A model generated the notes under the pieces. The model searched no databases. It saw nothing but the letters and a program-made list of their open reading frames with translations, and was not told the origin of the DNA. Below are positions 57,627 to 64,000 of a stretch of DNA of 64,000 nucleotides, piece by piece. Made by a program: the position numbers and the translations under genes. This DNA comes from an uncultured Desulfarculus sp. (GTDB taxonomy: Bacteria; Desulfobacterota; Desulfarculia; Desulfarculales; Desulfarculaceae): assembly GCA_963665125.2 (NCBI GenBank), contig CAXXUK010000002.1:320001-384000 (forward strand), given 5' to 3'. Position 1 is the stretch's first letter. The number at the start of each line of letters is the position of its first letter.

Positions 57627-58595
57627 TCATTCTCCGGCGAATAAAAGCTTCAGCATTTTGGCCGTCTCGGGCTTTTGGAACATGGGTCGGGCCGCATAGT
57701 TGCCCAGTTTGGCCTTGAACGAGGCAACGTCCGGGGTAAGGTCCATGACCATGCCCTGCTTGAAAAGCCGCTCCAGAATGCCCTGCTCGGCCGTGCGGCT
57801 GGCCGCCCGCTGTTCGGCCGCGGCTTCCAACATGGCCTTCTGGAGCATGGCCCTGTCTTTTTCTGGCAGGCCCAGCCACCACTTGAGGTCGGCCGAGGCG
57901 ATATGGGCCGAATAGACATGGCCGGTCATGGACAAATAGCGCTGTAGCTTGTTGAGTTCATAGGCGGTGACGACCCACAGGGGGTTTTCCTGGCCGTCGA
58001 CCTTGCCTTGGGCCAGGACATCGTTGATGGGGAAGGGGTAGGGTTTGGCAACGGCTCCCAAAGCGTTCCACAGCGCCTCATGGGCCCTGGAGTTCATGGT
58101 GCGGATTTTTAGGCCCTGAAGGTCGTTTATGTTGTGCACCGGCCGCTTGTTGTTGGTCAGGTGCCTGAAGCCGTTTTCGCTAAAGGCCAGACCCTTGAAC
58201 CCGGCCTTTTGCAGCCGGTCCAGCAGGACTTCACCCGCCTTGCCGGCCAGGGTCTTGTCAACCTGCTCATAGCTGCTGAACAGGAAGGGAAACTCCAGGG
58301 CCTCGACCTCCGGAACAAACTGATCGTATGGCCCGGCGGTGATGACCGCCATCTGCAACATGCCCTGTTGCAGCTTTTGGAGGATGCGGGTCTCGTCGCC
58401 GGCCTTGCCCGAATCAATGACATTGACAAGATAGCCGCTGTTACCCTTGTTTACTTTTTCGGCGAATTTTTCAGCCACCACCGACTGGCCCATGCCCGGC
58501 CGGGTGACCACGGCGATGTTGATGATCTGGGCGGCCAGGACGGGCCAGGCCAGCAGTGCCGAGCATAATGTGAGGATGAAAATGATTTTGCGCAT
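57627..58595 (-). CDS. dctP: TRAP transporter substrate-binding protein (DctP family)
   Basis: FPFLF, ENGFRHLTN, DLQGLKIRT, VDGQENP, TGHVY. Confidence 0.9.
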   Translation of the reverse strand: MRKIIFILTLCSALLAWPVLAAQIINIAVVTRPGMGQSVVAEKFAEKVNKGNSGYLVNVIDSGKAGDETRILQKLQQGMLQMAVITAGPYDQFVPEVEALEFPFLFSSYEQVDKTLAGKAGEVLLDRLQKAGFKGLAFSENGFRHLTNNKRPVHNINDLQGLKIRTMNSRAHEALWNALGAVAKPYPFPINDVLAQGKVDGQENPLWVVTAYELNKLQRYLSMTGHVYSAHIASADLKWWLGLPEKDRAMLQKAMLEAAAEQRAASRTAEQGILERLFKQGMVMDLTPDVASFKAKLGNYAARPMFQKPETAKMLKLLFAGE

Positions 58596-58615
58596 GGATC
58601 AGGTCCTTTCGGAGT

Positions 58616-59584
58616 TTAACGAAAATGACAGGCACAGCTGTGGCCCGGTTCGATTTCCCGCAAAAGGGGGCGCTCCCGGCGGCAGATATCGGCGGCCTCG
58701 GGGCAGCGGGTGTGGAAACGGCAGCCCGGCGGCGGGTTCAGCGGGCTGGGCAGGTCGCCCGTAAGGGGCGGGGCCTGCTTGCGCATGGTGGGATCGGGCA
58801 CCGGGGCCGAGGCCAGCAGGGCCTCAGTGTAGGGGTGCATGGGCGGGGCCTCGAAGACCTCGGCCGGGGCGATCTCCACTATGCCGCCCAGGTACATCAC
58901 CGCGATGCGGTCGGACATGTGCCGCACAACGGCCAGGTCGTGGGCCACGAAGAAATAGGTCAGGCCCAGGCGCTCCTTGAGGTCTAAAAGCAGGTTGAGG
59001 ACTTGGGCCTGGATGGACACGTCCAGGGCGCTGACCGGCTCGTCGGCCACCACCAGGCTGGGCCTCAGGGCCAGGGCCCTGGCGATGCCGATGCGCTGGC
59101 GCTGGCCGCCGCTGAACTGGTGGGGATAGCGCGAGGCGTGCTCGGGCCGCAGGCCCACCTCTTCCAGCAGGGCGGCCACTCTGGCCGGGATCTCGCCGTT
59201 TGAGCAGACCTTGTGCACCCGCAAAGGCTCGGCAATGGCCGCCCCCACGGTCATGCGCGGGTTAAGCGAGGTCACCGGGTCTTGAAACACTATTTGCAGG
59301 CGATTGCTCAGTTCCCGGCGCTGGGCCTTGTCCAGGCCGGCCATGTCCGCGCCTTCGAAGCTGACCTTTCCGGCGCTGGGCGGCAATAGCCCCACGGCCA
59401 CCCGGCCCAGGGTCGATTTGCCGCAGCCGCTTTCGCCCACCAGACCCAGAATTTCGCCCTTTCGCACGGCCAGGCTTACGTCATCGACGGCCCGCAGGGT
59501 GCGCCTGCCGCTGCCCATGAATCCGCTGGCGACCCGAAAGGTGCGGCTGACGCCTTGCATATCCAACAGGGTTTGCCCGTTCAT
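58616..59584 (-). CDS. Oligo/dipeptide ABC transporter ATP-binding protein (OppF/DppF-like)
   Basis: [37 protein letters not shown]. Confidence 0.95.
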   Translation of the reverse strand: MNGQTLLDMQGVSRTFRVASGFMGSGRRTLRAVDDVSLAVRKGEILGLVGESGCGKSTLGRVAVGLLPPSAGKVSFEGADMAGLDKAQRRELSNRLQIVFQDPVTSLNPRMTVGAAIAEPLRVHKVCSNGEIPARVAALLEEVGLRPEHASRYPHQFSGGQRQRIGIARALALRPSLVVADEPVSALDVSIQAQVLNLLLDLKERLGLTYFFVAHDLAVVRHMSDRIAVMYLGGIVEIAPAEVFEAPPMHPYTEALLASAPVPDPTMRKQAPPLTGDLPSPLNPPPGCRFHTRCPEAADICRRERPLLREIEPGHSCACHFR

Positions 59585-60579
59585 GCCGCCCGCCTCCGGT
59601 CCTGGCGAATCTTGTCATGATGCAGGAAACAGCGCACACCGTGGCCCGGCGAGACCTCCACCAGGGCCGGTTCGCTCCGGCGGCACAGGTCAAAGGCCTT
59701 GGGGCAGCGGTCGGAAAAGGCGCAGCCCGGTGGCAGGGCGTCCAGGGGCGGCACGATGCCGCCGATGGTGGGCAGGCGCTTTTTCCCGGCCGTGCGCGAG
59801 GGCAGGCAGTCCAACAGGCCGAGGGTGTAGGGATGCAGGGGACCGGCGAACAGCCGCTCCACCGTGGCCTGCTCCACCAGGCGGCCCAGGTACATCACCG
59901 CGACCCGCTGGGCGGCCTGGGCCACCACGGCCAGGTCGTGGGTGATCAAAAGCACCGAGGCCCCGATCTCTGCCTGGAGCCTGGTCATAAGGCCCAAAAT
60001 CTGGGCCTGGATCGTCACGTCAAGGGCCGTTGTGGGCTCATCTGCCAGCAGCAGCCGGGGTTGCATGGCCAGAGCCATGGCGATCATCACCCGCTGGCGC
60101 ATGCCACCGCTGAGTTGGTGGGGGTAGCTTTTTGCCCGTTGGGCCGCGTCGGGGATGCCCACACGGTCCAGGGCCTCCACGGCCTGTTGCCAGGCCTCGG
60201 CCTTGCCGGTTTTTCGGTGGGTCCGGATGCCCTCGGCGATCTGGCGGCCCACGGTGAACACCGGATTGAGGCTGGTCATGGGCTCCTGGAAGATCATGGC
60301 CGCCTGGGCCCCGCGAAAGGACCGCAGCCGCTCTTCGGAGGCTTTGGCCATTTCCTCACCCCCGAAACGGACGCTGCCGGCGGTTATCCTGCCCGGCGGC
60401 GGCACCAGGCCCATGATCGAAAGGGCGGCCATGGATTTGCCGCAACCGCTTTCGCCCACCAGGCCGACGATTTCGCCCTTTTTTATATCCAGATCCAGGC
60501 GGTCCACGGCGGCCAGGGGGCCGGCCTTGCCGGGGAAGGCCGTGGTCAGGCCGCGCACTTTCAAAAGGATGTCGGTCAC
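59581..60579 (-). CDS. Oligo/dipeptide ABC transporter ATP-binding protein (OppD/DppD-like)
   Basis: [34 protein letters not shown]. Confidence 0.95.
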   Translation of the reverse strand: MTDILLKVRGLTTAFPGKAGPLAAVDRLDLDIKKGEIVGLVGESGCGKSMAALSIMGLVPPPGRITAGSVRFGGEEMAKASEERLRSFRGAQAAMIFQEPMTSLNPVFTVGRQIAEGIRTHRKTGKAEAWQQAVEALDRVGIPDAAQRAKSYPHQLSGGMRQRVMIAMALAMQPRLLLADEPTTALDVTIQAQILGLMTRLQAEIGASVLLITHDLAVVAQAAQRVAVMYLGRLVEQATVERLFAGPLHPYTLGLLDCLPSRTAGKKRLPTIGGIVPPLDALPPGCAFSDRCPKAFDLCRRSEPALVEVSPGHGVRCFLHHDKIRQDRRRAA

Positions 60580-60587
60580 GTCTCGCC

Positions 60588-61931
60588 TCAGCTAGGGTCA
60601 ACCAGCACGGCCCGCACGTCCATGACATTGGTGCGGGTCGGCCCGGTGATCAACAGGTCGTCCAGGGCCTGGAAATAGTGATATGCATCGTGTCTGGCCA
60701 TAAAGTCAAGGGTGCTCATGCCCGCCGCGACCGCCCTTTTAACGGTTTGACCGTCGGCCCAGGCCCCGGCCGCGTCGGTGGGGCCGTCCGTTCCGTCGGT
60801 GCCCAGGGACAGGGCCAGCACGCCATCCAGGCCAGCCAAATCAAGGGCCGCGGCCAGGGCGAATTCCTGATTTCGGCCGCCCAGGCCGTCTGCGCCGCCC
60901 AATTGCACCGTGGTTTCGCCGCCGCTGAGCAGGCAGCACGGCGAGGCAAGGGGCTGCCCGCTGGCCAGAACCTCCCGGGCTATGGCCACGTGCATCCGGG
61001 CGATGTCCTTGGTCTCGCCTTCGATGGTGGTGCTCAGCACCATTGGCGTCAGACCCTGGGCCTCGGCAGCACTGGCCGCCGCGTCCACGGCCTGGCGGTT
61101 GCTGGCGATGATCAAATTGACGGCCCGGTCAAGCACGTCCTCGCCGGGCTTGGGCGTATCCGGGATCCGGCCGTCCAGGCCGGCCTGCACACGCTTGCGC
61201 ACGCCCTCCGGGGCCTTGTCCCAGATGCCGTAGCGGTTCATGATCCGTTTGCAATCGGGCCAGGTGCTGGTGTCGGGCACTGTAGGGCCGCTGGCGATGA
61301 CGTCAAGATGATCGCCCACCACGTCGCTGATGATCAGGGTGATCAGGGTGGATTCCCCGGCCAGACGGGCCAGGTTGCCGCCCTTGAGTTGGCTCAGGTG
61401 CTTTCGGATGGCGTTGATCTCGCCGATGTCCGCTCCGCTGGCCAACAGCAGCTTGGTCACCTGTTGCTTGTCGGCCAGGCTCACCCCCTCGGCCGGGGAG
61501 GGCATCAGGGCGCTGCCGCCGCCGGATAGCAGGCAGAAAACCAGCGTATCGGGCCCGGCGTTGGCGGTGAGCAGTTCGGCGATGGCCTTGCCGGCGGCCA
61601 CGCCCCGCTCATCGGGCACCGGATGGCTGGCCTCCATGATCTCCACAACAGAGGTTGGTCCGCCGTGGCCGTCCTTGACCACCACCTTGCCAGCGGCCAG
61701 ACGCCCGCCCAAGAGACCCTCCAGGGCGGCGGTCATGGGCTGGCCGGCCTTGCCCGCGCCCACGCAGATGATGCGCTTGAAACCGTTCAGGTCAAAGCTT
61801 CGGCCCGCCACTAAAAGTGTGGAACCGTTGATTTTTACCGCGCGCTCCACGGCCAGGGCTGGATTTACCGCGTCAAGGGACGCGTCGATAATGGCGCGGG
61901 CCTTTTGCCTTAGCTTGTCCGGTCCGGGCAT
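60588..61931 (-). CDS. Glycerate kinase type 2 (TtuD/MOFRL family)
   Basis: GAGKA, SHPVPD, SGGGSAL, IASGPT, GGETTV, GGRNQE, TDGTDG, TNVMD. Confidence 0.93.
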   Translation of the reverse strand: MPGPDKLRQKARAIIDASLDAVNPALAVERAVKINGSTLLVAGRSFDLNGFKRIICVGAGKAGQPMTAALEGLLGGRLAAGKVVVKDGHGGPTSVVEIMEASHPVPDERGVAAGKAIAELLTANAGPDTLVFCLLSGGGSALMPSPAEGVSLADKQQVTKLLLASGADIGEINAIRKHLSQLKGGNLARLAGESTLITLIISDVVGDHLDVIASGPTVPDTSTWPDCKRIMNRYGIWDKAPEGVRKRVQAGLDGRIPDTPKPGEDVLDRAVNLIIASNRQAVDAAASAAEAQGLTPMVLSTTIEGETKDIARMHVAIAREVLASGQPLASPCCLLSGGETTVQLGGADGLGGRNQEFALAAALDLAGLDGVLALSLGTDGTDGPTDAAGAWADGQTVKRAVAAGMSTLDFMARHDAYHYFQALDDLLITGPTRTNVMDVRAVLVDPS

Positions 61932-61949
61932 GGGCAGCCTCCATACGAT

Positions 61950-61987
61950 AAAAAAGAAGGGAACGGAAACCATTGGCTTCCGTTCCC
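61950..61987 (-). terminator. Intrinsic terminator after the rhodanese gene
   Basis: GGGAACGGAA...TTCCGTTCCC stem with a U-rich tract on the minus strand. Confidence 0.65.
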
Positions 61988-62015
61988 CAGTATAGACTCT
62001 AAATGTGCTTTAACG

Positions 62016-62639
62016 CTACTTCAGGGTCTTGCCGCCGCAGGTTTCGCCGCGCTGACCGCTGAACTCGCGGATGTACTTGCCGCAGTTGCGCTCGGACCAG
62101 GAGCCCTGCTTCATGTACTGGGAAATCTTGAACTCGCCGCAGAAGTAGTTCACGAAGGGGAAGCCCTTTTGGGCCCAACCGACCACGCCACCCTCGTTGA
62201 TCTTCTTGCCGTCCTGTTTGATGGAACTGACATAGTAGACGTTCTTGTAGCCGTACTTGTACAGGAAGGCCACGACGTAGGCGGCACGGTGAGCCGTGCG
62301 GCAGAAGACCATGATCTTCTGGTTGGGGTCTTTGATCTTCTTGGGAATGGTGTACATATGACCGGCGTGGATGTGGCTGCTGCCCTCGATGTGGAATGCG
62401 TCAAACTCGGGGTGGGTGCGCACGTCCAGCAGAATGGTGTCGCTCTGGCCGGCCAGAACCTTCAGCCACTCGGCATGCAGATCGTCGATGTTGATGATCT
62501 TGTCGGCCGGAATCACCGAGGTGAACTCTTTCCAGAAAGCCTTTTCGTTATCAACCAGGGGATTGTCGCCAGCAAAGGCCATGCCCGCAACACCCAGCAC
62601 AAAAATCATCGCAACAAAGAGGCTGATAGCTTTTTTCAT
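62016..62639 (-). CDS. Exported rhodanese-domain protein
   Basis: Signal peptide (AFA-G); LLDVRT..EF..FHIEGS, FCRTAHRA, GGVVGW. Confidence 0.88.
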   Translation of the reverse strand: MKKAISLFVAMIFVLGVAGMAFAGDNPLVDNEKAFWKEFTSVIPADKIINIDDLHAEWLKVLAGQSDTILLDVRTHPEFDAFHIEGSSHIHAGHMYTIPKKIKDPNQKIMVFCRTAHRAAYVVAFLYKYGYKNVYYVSSIKQDGKKINEGGVVGWAQKGFPFVNYFCGEFKISQYMKQGSWSERNCGKYIREFSGQRGETCGGKTLK

Positions 62640-62724
62640 CTCTCCACCTTCTTTCCTAGATTTCGTTAATATCCTTTTGTCTGCGCCGGTCAAACCGATG
62701 CAGGCTATCTCCATGGCTGCCTTG

Positions 62725-63168
62725 TCAGCAGCCTTCGTCTTCGATTACAATACCGCCGCCTTTTTTAGGGGCGGCCGGTTTGGGCGGGGGCGGGGGGGAG
62801 GGCGCCGAACCCTGGGAAACGGCTTCGCCGCCGGAGCCGGGCGCTGGGGCGCCGGACACCTGGACCTTGCCGGCCTTCTTGACTTGGTCGGCCACGTCGT
62901 ACATCACGCAAAGGTCATAGTAGGCCCAAGCCGTGGCCGAGGTGGGGTCGGCCGTTATGGCCAGTTTAAAATAAGATTTCGCGTCGGAGTAAAGGCCGCG
63001 GTCAAAGGCCTGGCGGCCATAACGCAGATTTTCGGCGCATAGGTTCTGGTCGGTGCAGACCTTGGGGTTGCTGACCGCCGGAGCGGTGTTTTGCTGGGCC
63101 GCCGCCGCCAGGGCCAGGCCCATGGCCAGGGCCAGAACAAGAGCCATGACAATGTGTTTGCTCTTCAT
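62725..63168 (-). CDS. Exported TPR-like protein with Pro-rich linker and C-terminal EDEGC
   Basis: Signal peptide; YGRQAFDRGLYSDAKSYFKLAITADP..AW; PSPPPPPKP; terminal Cys. Confidence 0.75.
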   Translation of the reverse strand: MKSKHIVMALVLALAMGLALAAAAQQNTAPAVSNPKVCTDQNLCAENLRYGRQAFDRGLYSDAKSYFKLAITADPTSATAWAYYDLCVMYDVADQVKKAGKVQVSGAPAPGSGGEAVSQGSAPSPPPPPKPAAPKKGGGIVIEDEGC

Positions 63169-63492
63169 ATAATCCCTCGGTTTAGCTCGTCCCTCCGGTA
63201 GTTTTGGCAAACCACGCCGCCGGACGGAGGTTGTTTGGTGGTCGCCGGAAACTTGCGGCCAGTATAACAAGGGCGGAACTTAAACACAACGGACAAAAAA
63301 CACCTTTTTAATCAGTATGTTGCCCTGGGGTTAGGTATGGATTTCCGGTTCGGCGCCGCTTGTTTTACATACGCATGATATATCACCGGCCAGCATTGCC
63401 GGGAATAAAAAGTTATCGAGTCCTATTATTGATATTGGTGATCATCGCCTGATTCCCGGCAAATGCACAAACGGTCGGGAGTGAGCTTGGGA

Positions 63493-64000
63493 TTAAATCC
63501 CCGAGTCCCTCGCTCTTTGCAACCTGGCGATTTCATTTACAAGGTTGCTGAGGCGGCCCTTGATCTCGGCGTCCAGGTCCACAAAGTGCAGAGCCGTGAC
63601 GACCGGACCCCGCTTTGTGGCGGCTTTTTCGTCGGTGCGGACGACCTTGCATCTCATTTCCAGCAACATGCCGTTGCTCACAAGCTCGATATCAATGGAT
63701 TGGCCGTGCTCCAGGTGCAGATTTGAAGGATGTGTCACTCTGGCTCCGCCCACCGACAGGTCCAATACGGGCAACTCTGTGCCTCCACCGGACACACGCA
63801 GTTGCAACGGCACCTCCGAGGCGGGCTCCACGCGGTAATGAAGGCGCAAAGTTGTCGGGGTCAGCCGGGTGGGCTGCATGACCACCAGGATGTTGTCCCT
63901 GAACCCGCCTTGCATGTCATAGTCTTCGATTATCTTCAATAATTTTGTTTTATATCCGACTCGAAGGTGGTGGCCCGGTTTGTCCGGGTCGGTGATGAGA
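63493..64000 (-). CDS. PilZ-domain protein, 5' truncated by window
   Basis: RLHYR and DLSVGG motifs; frame open to the window edge. Confidence 0.85.
   Translation of the reverse strand, partial: LITDPDKPGHHLRVGYKTKLLKIIEDYDMQGGFRDNILVVMQPTRLTPTTLRLHYRVEPASEVPLQLRVSGGGTELPVLDLSVGGARVTHPSNLHLEHGQSIDIELVSNGMLLEMRCKVVRTDEKAATKRGPVVTALHFVDLDAEIKGRLSNLVNEIARLQRARDSGI

Overview
GC-rich bacterial chromosomal window, probably a sulfate-reducing Desulfobacterota (deltaproteobacterium); this is inferred from gene content (tungstate-binding TupA, many hybrid kinases and c-di-GMP enzymes, sigma-54 promoters, C-GCAxxG-C-C protein, ferredoxin-thioredoxin reductase), not from a marker gene. Most of it is ordinary metabolism, transport and signalling: beta-oxidation fadB-tetR-thiolase, hisI-hisG, engB, P-type H+-ATPase, CDF/ZIP transporters, glycosyltransferases. 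No rRNA, tRNA or CRISPR array was seen. The most notable feature is a decaying, phage-free polymorphic-toxin-like locus at about 0.8-4.2 kb. It has a short MuF-type CxxC...PLHPNCRC module in frame, across a single TGA, with an AT-rich phospholipase A2 domain. This is followed by three paralogous small membrane 'immunity' genes (one split by IS481, one intact, one with an internal stop) and a gene that may encode the missing N-terminal half of MuF. Other items worth a look: an exported molybdopterin-oxidoreductase-like/tetrapyrrole-methylase fusion behind an orphan tupA; a structured RNA candidate behind a 52-aa ORF; a sigma-54 promoter with paired enhancer palindromes upstream of an MCP with a periplasmic CZB domain; a reciprocally degenerated duplicated two-gene cassette; a 203-bp insert flanked by 35-bp direct repeats; and an exported TPR-'EGC'/rhodanese pair. 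All product calls come from motif recognition by eye, with no database searches.
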